Assembly: GCA_951406725.2 (NCBI GenBank)
Contig: OX597830.1
Span: 51,522,001-51,586,000, forward strand
DNA length: 64,000 nucleotides
Direction: 5' to 3'
Origin: Octopus vulgaris
Taxonomy: Eukaryota
The first letter of the stretch is position 1. Each line of letters opens with the position of its first letter. The position numbers were made by a program, and so were the translations under genes. Below the pieces are notes generated by a model that did no database searches, was not told where the DNA came from, and saw nothing but the letters and a program-made list of their open reading frames with translations. Below, piece after piece: positions 28,094 through 41,445 of this stretch.

Positions 28094-29289
28094 ACATAAA
28101 TAAATATAAATATATATATATCCTTAAAATCCTTAAAATATATATATCATTACAATCATCATCAAATACATATGTATATACGTAGGTGGATATGTGTGTG
28201 TGCGTTCGTAATTGTCACCACCTATCCTACCATCTCGCTGCTATGTAGTACCAAAACTAGGTCTGGTGTCGCTATGAGAAAATATTTACATATGAAAAAA
28301 AATGAAGCTATTGACTATTGAGCTGGGTGTAAGTTAGTGCTTTTGCTATAGGTGTGGTTACAAAAAGTTCAACAGAGCATGGAAAAGTGAAAACGTCTAT
28401 ACTTCAGTTTACTTATAGTGTCGTTTTATTCATCGATATTTTTCAGGCCTCCGCCATTCTATACAATAAATTTCTCATGTATTTCTATCAGAGTTTTCAA
28501 TGGGAAAGAATAATTTGAAATGTAGGAGTCGTAGTCGTGCTTGTTGTTATTGTTGTGTAGTCTATTGTTGGAGCTTGGTGATTTGGTTGTGTTTTCTTAC
28601 AGTTGGATAATCTTTTTTTTCCTAATGACTACTCTTAGTCGTGTTATATAGATATATAGCCGTACATACATACTCAGTCTGGTTTGGTTTCGTAAGGAAG
28701 AAAAGCTGGAAGAAAGAAAATAAAAAGAAAAGAAGAAGTGAAGGACGAACGAAGGGAAGATGAAGTAGAGAAACAAGAACAATGAGAACACCACCAGCAA
28801 CAAAGAGAACTGAAAATATAGACACCTGTTCTTTGTGCCAATGTAAACAAATACCTAATAATAATTGACCGGCTCTACACTCCTGACATTTGCGTGAGAA
28901 ATTTTGCAGGTCCACATTTTGTCCATTATATGCCTGCATATATAGGTGTGTGTGTGTGTGGAGGGCGGGTTATGGGTGTATGTTTACTATATGTGTGTGT
29001 ATTTGTGCATATGTATGTGTTTATACACTTGTACAGACACACATGTACATATACATTCACACACACACACAGACATATGGGCTAAACGTTCTCATTTTGT
29101 TCTTGGCTATGTGTATCGGGATACGCACAGTACCATGTAGCATGCATTTGTGACAAACTGTTTCCTTCTTTCCAAGCGTCCCGAAGCTCTGAGGACGATC
29201 GCAGGTGCTGCTCATTCTCTCCTCAATAAAACAATACATGTGGCTTGAGTTTTATTTGGGGGCGGTGGATGTGTCTATACATACACATA

Positions 29290-30640
29290 TATGGAATGAA
29301 AACTCCAATTCCTTAAAAGAAACCTGTCCTTGTATCTAGACCTGCTAAAAATTCAAAATCTCTAATTAACATTGTGTTGGAATGCTGGTCAATTATTATT
29401 AGGTATTTGTTTACATTGGTGCAAAGAACAGGTGTCTATATTTTCGGTTCTAATAAAAATAAGTATGTGGACTTTGAGGGACATCCTGCAGCCCAGTTTG
29501 CCGTAATTTTTCACCAACGTCTCAGCATGTTCTACATAGTTTACAGCTTTGGGATTTCCCAGGAACCATCGAACCACAGCAACAAACCTGTTCCACACTG
29601 ATTCCTCCGTTTCAGTGAGCTTCTTGGGGAATTCCTTGCATTCTTCTTTATTTGTGGTCTGACGAAGACTAGTCTTTAAGATATCTGAAGGCTGCAGACT
29701 CCTGATCTAGAGCCGAAACATACTGTTCCATAACACCCAATTTTATATGCAGTGGAGTAAACAATACTTTCCGGGGGTCTAACAGCGGCTCCCATTTGAT
29801 TTTTTTTTTCTTTTTGGATGAGCTGTCAATGAAGAGGCGCCACTCGCTGGGGTTACAAACGATTCCAATAGCCTCAAATAGACCAGTCATATTGTGACAT
29901 AGGCAAAGCCCATCTTGGCTGGTGTAAAAACTTGTAAAATACTGGTTGCGCTTTCTCTGACTTGTGACTTGCACACCTTCATGTAACAAATTCTACTGCG
30001 GGAGTTTCGATGTCAAAGTTCAACATTGGACTTTGTGAAACTAAGATCTCTGATAAGGTCGTTGAGGTATTTTTGGTTGGGGTAGTACGGCTTTCTCTCG
30101 TTAGCTGCACCTCTGAAAGCTGGATCAACGGTTTCAAACTTTTCAGGTGTGTTGCTCTCTACTGAAGTTGGCTGCTCTCTCTCTCTCTCTCTCTCTCTCT
30201 TTGGAGGAGTAAGTACTGGGAACTCAGGGCAGTGTGACACAGGGAGGATTGATGATAGAAGGTTTAGATATATGATAGCAGGTGCATTCTTGCCATCTCG
30301 ACGTTTGGAAGGGTCAGTCATGCAGAAGAAGCAGTTGTTTGAAGCACGTGTGTCATTGTGTCAGTGTTATACATATTTCCTCACATCACCACTGGATGAG
30401 ACGCTAGTCCATTACAGAATTACTTAATTTTATCATGTGATTCGACAGAAGCTACATGAAAGGATTCTTCTCGCACCATTTTGCATATAGACATAGACAG
30501 CGATTTAGCTTGCGTTTGGCTTCGTTTTGGGTATGCGGTATTGACAGGTCACAAAAAAATGACAAAACATTGATGTCTATGGCTCCTGTAACGGGACCTG
30601 ATACGAGTTATTTTGCTTATCTATGACTTCCAGGTGTTTT
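29290..30640 (-). mobile_element. Chapaev3-like (CMC) DNA transposon relic
   Basis: Fragmented transposase motifs NCFFC, WRLFIDSS, PLHIKLGVMEQYVSAL and LGCRMSLKVHIL across ORFs 30013, 29669 and 29389. Family assignment is from memory of the motifs and boundaries are approximate. Confidence 0.72.
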
Positions 30641-32309
30641 AACACAAGACACATTGATGACAATATATTCTCTTACACCTATAAGCGCAGCCTACCCACG
30701 AAGCGGCAAAACACATCTTGTGTGCGTCTTTGCGTTTGTCGTCGTCCCCCATCACTACTTGACAACAAGTGTTTGTTTCTTCAAGCACCCGCAACTTAGC
30801 GGTTCGGCTAAAAAGCTCCGATGTAATAAATACAAGACTATAAAAAGAAGCGAGTGGGGTCGATTTATTCGATTAAGCACACCAAGGCGATGCCCCAACC
30901 TCATATATATATATATTTATAATTATTTATAGTTATTTATAATTGTTAAATTTCTAAATTTATATAAATTATTTTATGTATTGGCTTAAGTCTTTCTTTG
31001 TTTGATTTGCATAATAGTGGTTTTGTCTCTAATTTAATATAATATATATATATATCTCTATATTTGATATAATATATATATATATATATATATATAGCAT
31101 TATGACCCATCGTTGCCGGGTCATAGTGCTAGTGCATGTATATATGTGTATATATATGTGTACATATATATATATACATCTACACATAAAATACAAAATA
31201 CAAAGTTATATCCGTACTACCCCAACCAAAAAGACCTCAACGACCTTCTCACAAAGTCAAATGTTTTTAAAATAACATGACGCTTTATTTTCTGCTATTT
31301 CTGAGAATTTCATTAACAGTGACAATGCTCCAAAATCTGAGTCATCTTCTCAGGTCTACAATAAATGCTAGAAATAGTTACAAAACTTTAGTATTGCTTC
31401 CTTTTGTTTCATACCCATATATATATATATATTTCTTTACTACCCACAAGGGGCTAAACACAGAGGAGACAAACAAGGACAGACAAACGGATTAAGTCGA
31501 TTACATCGACCCCAGTGCGTAACTGGTACTTAATTTATCGACCCCGGAAGGATGAAAGGCAAAGTCGACCTCGGCAGAATTTGAACTCGGAACGTAACGG
31601 CAAACGAAATACGGCAACGTATTTCGCCCGGCGTGCTAACGTTTCTGCCAGCTCGCCGCCCATATATATATATATATATATATATATACAGCTCTCTGTG
31701 TGTTCAATGTTACGTACATGTGTGCATAAATGCGAATGCATGCGTGAATATAACTTTTAAAATATATTTTTTTCCTGTTTGAAATTCACTCAACGAGAAA
31801 TTACAGATCTCCTCTCTACGAGGCGACAAGTAGTGTGTAACTATTTATAGTAAATGCAAATCGAAACACCTATACTGGTATGTCTGATTTGCATAGCAGT
31901 GCAAATAGACACTTCATTGCTCGCTCGACATGCAAGAAACAACAGCCAAATTCTCGCACCAATTGCATATGCTTTTTAAAAACCCAGAAGCATTCACACG
32001 TGTATTTCCTGAGGTAAAAGATCAGCTGATCATGCTTGTAATTGTTTTAACCATAGACTTGCGCAAGAATTAATTAACTGATAGTGTAACATGTAATAAC
32101 AGGCACACCTCAAAGTGATCGTGTTGAGATTACCTAATTATTTAATACTAGCTAGTTATACAACTAATTAATTATGTAGTTTATCTAATCAAAATTCTTT
32201 AGCTTAATACTATTTGACATATCAAGGTTAATAGATTTGTACTCAAAATCAACTGACTTCTACATTGTTCAAGCTCTTTGTGAGTGAAAATGCACGCACG
32301 CACGCATAC

Positions 32310-32371
<62 letters not shown>

Positions 32372-32596
32372 TATATGTATGTGTGTACATATATATATAT
32401 ATATACATATAATTGAGTAGTTGAATGAATTATCTTATGGATAATTCGGTTAACCGATACCTGGGTAGCAAATTCTCGTCAGAAAAACACGGTTGAAGCT
32501 ACATGCCTAGGGCAGAGATCACGTGCTATTTTGTTAATTCGTCGTTCAACTCCATTCTTTCATTTATTTATATATACATATATATATGTATGTGTG

Positions 32597-32627
<31 letters not shown>

Positions 32628-33100
32628 GTATGTATGTATGTATGTGTGTACATATATATATACATACATATATAAATTACGTAATCTCTTTACACGTGTT
32701 CCACAAGCGAATACTGATGTGCTGTACAGTAGTTCTTTGTCAACAATCGCATAGTCCCCTGAATCATCAAATCTTCAGGAGAAAATCGCAATTAAAGCCA
32801 TTATTATTTACGAACTTCAGTTAATAGTCAGTTCTCCCTCTCTGTCTCACTCTTCCTCTCTCCTTCTCTCTCTCTTTTACTTTTTCATCCGATATATATA
32901 TATATAGGCGCAGGAGTGGCTGTGTGGTAAGTAGCTTGCTAACCAACCACATGGTTCCGGGTTCAGTCCCACTGCGCGGCATCTTGGGCATGTGTCTTCT
33001 GCTATAGCCCCGGGCCGACCAATGCCTTGTGAGTGGATTTGGTAGACAGAAACTGGAAGAAGCCTGTCGTATATATGTATATATATATATATATATATAT

Positions 33101-33566
33101 TAATAAAAAGAATTCCAACCTTGTCTGATTTTCACGTTTTATTTACAATCTTATAATGATATATTATAAGATAATATATTATAATTGAATAAAATAAAAT
33201 GAAATAGTAGAATGTTAAATATTCATTCTGATTGAACTAGTACTTTCATGCATTGAATTCTGCAATCTTCGGGTTCATGTAGTAGTGTTGACAGTCATGC
33301 TTCACAATTTTTGACTGTAGCAAGATGAGTGATTCTGTGCTATAAATACAGCTGGGTAGGCTCCAGAGTGCTAGGTTTTGCAAACTGTATTCTGACCAAT
33401 CAGTGTGTAGTATCACTCAATTACTTAAGCTGATTGGTTGGTTGAGCTGATTGGTTTAGGCATCACGCTTTGTTGGACAGGTCAAGAGTCCTGTATCTTG
33501 ACCCTGGCCGAAGCAGCAATTGTTGGGTTATTTTTAGAAATGTTGTAAATATCCTTTGTCAGAGAT
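33101..33566 (-). mobile_element. Penelope-like pseudo-LTR nested in the (TA)n tract of a SINE
   Basis: Interrupts the SINE at 32907-33796. On the minus strand, CCAAT-like boxes and a TATTTATA box lie upstream of the hammerhead. Confidence 0.6.
33233..33277 (-). ncRNA. Minimal type I hammerhead motif with U4C core
   Basis: UGAAC-CCGAAGA-UUGCA-GAAUUCAA-UGCAU-GAAA-GUAC-UA-GUUCA. 5-bp stem I, palindromic helix III AGUACU, CUA triplet. Confidence 0.72.
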
Positions 33567-33796
33567 TTATATATATATATATATATGTGTGTTTGTGTGT
33601 CTGTGTTTGTCCCCCTAGCATTGCTTGTTTACGTCCCCGTCACTTAGCGGTTCGGCAAAAGAGACCGATAGAATAAGTACTGGGCCTACAAAGAATAAGT
33701 CCCGGGGTCGATTTGATCTACTAAAGGCGGTGCTCCAGCATGGCCGCAGTCAAATGACTGAAACAAGTAAAAGAGTAAAAGAGAAAAAAAGAGAGT

Positions 33797-34820
33797 ATAT
33801 ATAACTGAGAATGTGTGTCTGTCTGTCCTGTGTCTGTCTCTGTGTGTGTTTCCCTAAAACTTGAGAACTACACAACCAATTTCATTCAAATTTTACACAT
33901 GCCTTACTTAGGGTCCATGTCGTTTCATGGGCAAAAACAATGTTCAACTTCTTGCCTAGAGCGAGCCCATAGCAAATCATATCTTCTCCACTATTTCAGT
34001 ATTACGTGTTAAAAGTGAGACAAAAACATTTCTCTATTTTATGTCAGATACTTTCACTTTAACAATAAAAATGATAATAACAATTGAATTATGTGTAGTA
34101 AGTAATAATTAAAATCAAACTAAAGTATAATATAATCGTAACATAACAAAAGTAAAAATAGCAATTGGTATAAAATTGCATCAATAACTTGAACTTGAAT
34201 AAGTGGTTTTACATGAATGGGAATAAATTAAAAATAAAATCAGCGTGCAGAAATGGAATAGTCCAGATGGATAATAAAAAATTAAATTAAAGAAAAGACT
34301 ATTGTCTATAAAGTATACAATGTAGAGAAAAAAGAAGATTTGAACAAATGGAGGAAAGCGCCTTCGAAAAGTATCTTGGTGCGACTATGAAAGGTATCTA
34401 ATCAGAGGCGGTAAATTCGCCATAATAGAAGCAAGGTTCGAATCAACGGAGCGTGCAAGGGAGTACTTGACTCGAACTTGCAAAGTGGAAATATTTTATT
34501 TTTACCTTTATATTTGGGACGTAGAACGTCCCGGAAAAAATTTTAAATGACTCCCCCCCGCCCCGAAGTAGAGGTAGGCTGGATTGTAGCCACACTTCTA
34601 TACAAGAGGGAGGACAAGATCGAAATTACAAGAGGCGGGCTAACAATTCCAGTCTGTTATATATTTTGAGTATTGTTATCACTAGCGATATCAAGATATA
34701 ACTTTGTATTTTATGTGTAGATGTATATATATGGATGTACATGTAATATGTACACATATATATACACATATATACATGCACTAGCACTATGACCCGGCAA
34801 CGACGGGTCTTTAATGCTAG
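33797..34820 (+). mobile_element. Non-autonomous Helitron-like element, about 1 kb
   Basis: 5' TATATATAACTGAGAATG followed by a GTCT-like repeat, 3' hairpin GACCCG..CGGGTC then CTAG|T. An inverted copy of the last ~120 bp lies at about 31097-31212. Confidence 0.65.
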
Positions 34821-35219
34821 TATATATATATATATGAATTTTTTGCGTATTGAGATAAAAAAACCCAAGGCTGTATAGATATTAGAGCATTTATAGATAG
34901 AAGGTCTTATAGCTGTTTGTAGAATATTAATTAATAATAATATCCCTTAATCGGAGAAGGTGTGAGAGGAAAATTAAGTCATAGTTAGTTTCGATGTGAT
35001 ACAAATAGAGAGTGAGGTGGAGGAAAGAAAATAGATGTAAGTTATTTATTAAGTTCATAAATCCGCTTTATAGGCATAATGGTATATATGTGTAATATTC
35101 CAATATCCCTTGAGTAAAATCCAAAAGTCCAACATATATATATATATATCTGTGTCTGTGTGTGCGCGCGTATGTGTGTAAGCGTGTCCGTGCGCACACG
35201 CTCGCACTATTTGGATGAT

Positions 35220-35930
35220 GTGATATCTTTAAGGCTTCAGAAGGAAACTGATTCCTTCAGGACTCTTCAGTTTTGTGTCTGTTAACAGCTTAGTACCGTA
35301 CGTGTGTGCTGAAGTCGGGTTTTTACTCATATGAGACATGAACGTTTTGCATCTACTACGTAAGGGCTGTTAAACGCGTCAGTCAGGGATATCTGCGACA
35401 CACTCTGAATGTTGGCTGGTCCTTGTTGACGCCAGGTACAGATGTCTGGAGGAGAGCCGACGTCCTGGGCATTGAGACGATGGTACTTAAGCAACAATTA
35501 CGCTGGACTAGACGCCTTGTTTGGACGTAAGATCAGTGGATTCCTAAACAGGTGCCATATGGTGAACTTGTCTGTGGGAAGCTATGCCATAAGAAACCAA
35601 GACCACGGTGTAAGGATTGCATAAAATCCTCGTTGAAAGCATGTGAGGTACAGATGTTAATTGGAAAATTAGTCTTGTCACTGCCACAGATAGGAGACAC
35701 GGGTGTAAAAAAAAGAGTGGGTACTTCTGAAGGAAGAGGTATTTTGTTTGCTGAACTCAAGAAAACTCGAAAGCGCACCGCCTCTTTCAGGAATATGGGA
35801 AGTTTCGTCTGCGGTATCTGAAAAAGTGTATGTCCATCAAAACCTGGACGTAGTTACATGTTTAATGTAGAAATTTCCACTGATTTTTTTAATGATAGTG
35901 ATGGTCTTCTTCTGCCACGAGTAGACAGCT
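35220..35930 (+). mobile_element. Decayed RTE/BovB-like LINE 3' fragment
   Basis: QQLRWT...IPKQVPYGELVCGK...PRPRCKDCIKSSLKAC and a degenerate C-terminal Cys motif, with stops and frameshifts. Confidence 0.75.
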
Positions 35931-35931
35931 A

Positions 35932-35974
<43 letters not shown>

Positions 35975-35999
35975 CACTCACACACGCACACATACAAAC

Positions 36000-36033
<34 letters not shown>

Positions 36034-36097
36034 TTACGTATGTATGTATGTCATTATTCCGTTAGAGGAAAACAGTGTGTGTATGTATGTTTGTATG

Positions 36098-36145
<48 letters not shown>

Positions 36146-36233
36146 TGTGTGTGAGTGAGTGTGCTTATGTATGTATATATGCATGTATATTATACCTATA
36201 TGTATGTATGCATTTATATTATACCTATGTATG

Positions 36234-36271
<38 letters not shown>

Positions 36272-36281
36272 CTTTTTTCAG

Positions 36282-36348
36282 TTAATGTTGGTTGTCCATG
36301 TGGAACTTCCAGAGACTGTGTGGAAGAAAACGGAATTGCTGTATGCAG
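36282..36348 (+). CDS. Exon: 4-Cys truncated EGF-like module 1
   Basis: ttttttcag|TT ... AG|gtaaat. 67 nt, phase 1 to 2. VNVGCPCGTSRDCVEENGIAVCR. Confidence 0.88.
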
Positions 36349-36728
36349 GTAAATATAGAATACTATAGTCGTTTTGGTGATTGTTTTCATAATTCTTTTT
36401 CATTTTTATCTACTTTTCCTTCTTTTACGTCTTTTCCATCTTGTTCAACACCAGCTCAACCCCAGTAGAGCAGATCTCGTGCCAAAGGCGTTGGCATTAC
36501 AAACTTATTTTCACTCATAGCTTTTCTCTGACTGATTTATTTGTTGTGTTCTTCCTGGTTCTGTATGCAATTTTTTAAACACAGGCCAGCACTGAAACAG
36601 TCGTGACCATCTCCGCTTTTCTGACAATTGGATCTCTCTCTCTCTCTTTTTTTCTATCAATCAATCTCGTTATTTACCTTCGTATCTCTCTATTTATCTA
36701 CTATCAAAAATATACAATTACATGGATG

Positions 36729-36804
<76 letters not shown>

Positions 36805-36910
36805 ATATACATACATATATATATATATGTTAATATATATATGTTTTTATATATATATATACATACATATATATATACATACATATATATATACATACAT
36901 ATAGATATAT

Positions 36911-36959
<49 letters not shown>

Positions 36960-37419
36960 CATATATATATATACATACACAAATATATATATACATACAT
37001 GTTTATATACTTATATTTATATATACATACACATTCATACATAGAAGAGAGAAGAAGAAACGAATACGTGACAGAGAGAAAGAGGAAGACGAGAGCTAGA
37101 GAGAGAGAGAGAGTGAGAGTAAGGGAATGACTGCATGAAAGAGTGATAGTGGGAGATGATAAAGTGAGAAAAGAATTTTTGCGTACAATGAAATCCAAGT
37201 TTCTCGATTCTCTATGTCATTGAAAAAATGAAAAAACGAGTTCAAAGTATATGAATATCTAACAATAGGCAAATTAGTTGACTGGCTATTATCATAGACT
37301 GAATGCAATTAAATACGCTCAAACATGCATACGTATTTACTTACATACCTACCTACCTACATACAAATAGACATACAAGACAGACACACACATACATATA
37401 CACATATGTATATATATAA

Positions 37420-38385
37420 TATATAATGAAATTATTGTATACAGTGCTCAGGTGCACCACAACTTGTCAGAAAGTGCGTATAAAGCCTGGAAAGCGAACA
37501 ATGTATGAGTCAGATACATGCTTGTGTGTGTATGGAGGGGAGAAAATCAGGTGTAGTGTTGGCGAATCTCAGAAAGCATGGAAGTTTTGAAGGATGCACT
37601 GCTCCGACAACCAACAATTGATGCCGGCAGTTTGTTCCATGCTTCAGCAACTCTCAACGTGAAAAAATGTTTCCTAAAGTCATGGGAGCTGTGCTGTTTT
37701 CTGACTTTGTAAATACGTCCAGGGGTGTTAGACGGGTGGAGTTTGAAAAGGTGCTCAGAGTTATTGTTTGTAAGATGGTTAATAATTTCATGGGTGTCTG
37801 CCAAGTCAGCTGCCAGACGTCGGAGTTTCAATGTGTCCATGCCCGGAGAAGTAAGGCGTTCTGAATATGGTAAATGCCTGATGGAGGGTATTCTTTTGGT
37901 TGCACATCGCTGAACGGCTTCAAGACGATTAATATCCTGGGCAAGATAGGGGTTCCAGACCGGTGATGCAAATTCCATGTGAGGTCTTACCATAGCTATA
38001 TAAAGCCGCAGATAGATAGCCGGAGAGCGGCTCACAAAGGACTTGGTGAGTGATACCAAGACACCCTCAGCCTTCTTGGCAATTTTAGCGATGTGTTTTG
38101 TCCAACGCAAATCGCTGTCGACAATAACAACCAGGTCACGTTCACACGAAGACTTTTTGAGATTAGTGTTGTGGAGGGAGTAAGTGGACGCTGGGTTTCT
38201 CCTCCCAAAATGCATGGTGGTACATTTGTCCACAGCCAGCTTGAGTTGCCAGTCCATGATCCACTGCTGCATTGTGTCCAGGTCTGCTTGCAATAGAGAT
38301 CTATAGTGTACAGGATCTGACCTCTTTATTTCGAGGTACAGCTTGATGTCATCTGCATATTTCAGCACTGTGGAATTCTTTAAGT
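37420..38385 (-). mobile_element. 5'-truncated CR1/L2-group LINE (RT C-terminus plus 3' UTR)
   Basis: ORF 37547..38368 has the YADD motif, VRPHMEFASPVWNPY, RLEAVQRCATK and FFTLRVAEAWNKLP. The 273-aa frame is still open, suggesting a fairly young copy. Confidence 0.92.
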
Positions 38386-38405
38386 CGAGTTTGTATATAT
38401 ATATG

Positions 38406-38464
<59 letters not shown>

Positions 38465-38517
38465 GTATATCTATATATATGTATATATATATATATAAGT
38501 ATGTATATATATATCAG

Positions 38518-38601
<84 letters not shown>

Positions 38602-39407
38602 TTTATATGTCTCTGTGCGTGCGCAGTCGTATATATGTACGTGAGTGAAAGGGTCTTTATTTCATGTCAAGACAGCTATTGGTGATTGCGACTACTTGAG
38701 CTGGCTGATTTATGCAAGGATATGCTGGTATTGTGAGTATGCTTGTGCGTACGTTTATTACTGTTCCTGTGCTTGCATATGCATTCCATACCTGGAACAT
38801 TAAATGGAAAATCTCTGAAATTCCTTGTTTAAATTTTCATTATTCGTCTAATCGTATGGCTCTGAAAAATATGTATATGTATTTTCTCTGTAGATATGTT
38901 GTTACGTAACCTATTTGCTCCGAAAATAACTGGAATAAATGAAAATTTACAGCCTTGATTTTTTTTTTCGTTGCCCTTTTCAAGCCTAGCCAGGCTCATG
39001 GGCCCGGTTTCTGTGGCGTATGTGTTCCCCCCAGCTGGACGGGACACCAGTCCATCACAGCGTTACTCAAAAAACAGGAAGAGAGAGTGCGAGAAAGTTG
39101 TGGTGAAAGAGTACAACAGGGTTCACCCCCGCCGGAACGTCGTGGATCTTTTAGGTGTTTTCGCTAAATAAACACACACAACGCCCGATCTGGGAATCGA
39201 AATCGCGACCCTTCGACCGCGAGTCCGCTGCTTTTGATATTCTGTTGATGTTGGAACATCCATTTTAATGGGAACGCACCGCTATAACCAATATTCTCAC
39301 ATTTCTTGCAAAATCAATCTACCAATATATTGTAAAGTACCTTTCATACAATAACTTTTAACAGTACTCTTGTCTCTCAATTCAAAGCACAATTACATGT
39401 GCTTTGT

Positions 39408-39444
<37 letters not shown>

Positions 39445-39501
39445 TGCGTGGGTGTGTGTATGTGGGTGTGTGTGCATGTGTATATATATAATATATATAT
39501 A

Positions 39502-39908
39502 GGCGCAGGAGTGGTTGTGTGGTAAGTACCTTGCTTACCAACCACATGGTTCTGGGTTCAGTCCCGCTGCGTGGCACCTTAGGCAAGTGTCTTCTACTAT
39601 AGCCTGGGGCCGACCAAAGCTTTGTGCGTGGATTTCGTAGACGGAAGCTGAAAGAAGCTCTTCGCACATATGTATAAGTATATATATATGTGTGTATGTG
39701 TCTGTGTTTGTCCCTCCAATATCGCTTGACAACCGATGGTGGTGTGTTTACGTCCCCTTAACTTAGCGGTTCGGCAAAAGAGACCGATAGAATAAGTACT
39801 GGGTTTACAAAGAATAAGTTCTGGGGTCGATTTGCTCGACTAAAGGCGGTGCTCCAGCATGGCCGCAGTCAAATGACTGAAACAAGTAAAAGAGTAAAAA
39901 GAGTAAAA
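39502..39908 (+). mobile_element. SINE family A copy
   Basis: Colinear with 13161-13570. Confidence 0.85.
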
Positions 39909-40177
39909 GCGTACCTTGTCACAATCACTTGTAACAATGCTGTCTTGTGACGCTGTCTTGCAACTTAATCGTGTTACACAGTCCTGAAACGTTATAGGTT
40001 GATGTACTGAATCATTATTGTAACATTGTCTCGTAACTGTACCTTGTAACTGTACCTTGTAACAAACATTTTCTAACAAATCAATGTAACAAGAATATGT
40101 CACAATGACTGGTAACACAGAAAATATGTAAAATATACAAAAAAATAACAATTATGAAAATAACCTTTTACTTTCAG

Positions 40178-40584
40178 AACAATTGGATCTAATACAACTG
40201 GCACATTTGGTAGCACGCGTCCAGTGCCAAATCCAAGCCATGTCGTGGACACTACATCCACTGTCAGGACATCGACTTTCAGAAATTCCCTAAAAACAAA
40301 AACAGCTGAACCAGCATTGACAAGAACATCAACAACACCAACAACAGTAACAACAGCAACAGCGTCAGACGCTAGAGCAACAAGGATTCCAAGACCAACA
40401 TCATCGTTATCATCATCATCATCATCATCTTTATCATCATCATCATCATCATCTTTATCATCATCAACATCATCATCATCATCGTCATCGTCATCATCAT
40501 CATCATCATTATCATCATCATCATCATCAACATCGTCTTCCTCCTCATCAACAACGGATGCAACACTCATATCAAGTCTAGAGG
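40178..40584 (+). CDS. Exon: Ser/Thr-rich mucin-like stalk with a (TCA)n-encoded poly-Ser tract
   Basis: ctttcag|A ... GAGG|gtatgt. 407 nt, phase 2 to 1, open frame (ORF 40224..40628). TIGSNTTGTFGSTRPVPNP...SSSS...TTDATLISSLE. Confidence 0.9.
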
Positions 40585-41093
40585 GTATGTACAATACTTT
40601 AGGTTTTGATGTTTTTAAAATAGTTTAACCATCATATTCCTGTCATTGTATATATCTGAAAATAAGGCTACATAAATTGTATTAAAAAAACAATCGAATT
40701 ATTTATTCAAGAATAAATGAAATAGAATTAAATATAATTATGTAGAAGTCATCTAATATCTAAATTAAATACGATTAATTATTTTGAAGAATCTTAATGA
40801 TCCTTGTTTATGATTATTTAAAAACTAAATATAATACAATGTACTGATTAAGAAAACTACATTTAAGCAATTCAATTTTCTATATCTAAAGGTTTGATAG
40901 AAAGAACAGGAGAAATGGGACTCAATACAGGAGGGTACATACATTATATTATTTTTAATTGGCAGAAAGTTATAAAGAGCACTCAAGTGCGGGAAGTTTC
41001 GTGCTTTGATTTGATAAGTTTATACCCGAAACTCTCAGCCTTTGAGTCACTTTTGTAGCTTTCTGCCGATCGGAAATAATAAAAGTAAATCAG

Positions 41094-41445
41094 ATATATT
41101 TAAATGTTTAGAAATTTCAAATATATTTAAATGTTTATAAATTTCAAATATATTTAAATGTTTATAAATTTTAAAAATATTTAATGTTTATAAATTTCAA
41201 AAATATTCAAATGTTTATAAATTTCAAAAGTATTAAATGTTTATAAATTTCAAATATATTAAAATGTTTATAAATTTCAAAAATATTTAAATGTTTATAA
41301 ATTTCAAAAATATTTAAATGTTTATAAATTTCAAAAATATTTAAATATTTCTAAATTTCAAAAATATTTAAATGTTTCTAAATTTCAATTATATTTAATG
41401 TTTATAAATTTTGAATATATATAAATGTTTATAAATCTCGAAGTT
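41094..41445. repeat. 27-bp AT-rich minisatellite, about 13 units
   Basis: Unit AATATATTTAAATGTTTATAAATTTCA. TGTTTA recurs at 41105, 41132, 41159 and 41185. Confidence 0.85.

Larger units (their letters stand above)
32907..33796 (+). mobile_element. SINE family A copy interrupted by a hammerhead-bearing element
   Basis: Head 32907-33070, insert 33101-33566, tail 33590-33796. Confidence 0.85.

Noticed and set aside
40100-40594. Minus-strand poly-Asp ORF (and overlapping poly-Met ORF)
   Set aside because: Antisense shadow of the (TCA)n poly-Ser exon. Splice sites and phases support the plus strand.
41094-41445. CRISPR-like array
   Set aside because: Contiguous units with no unique spacers, no cas genes, eukaryotic context.
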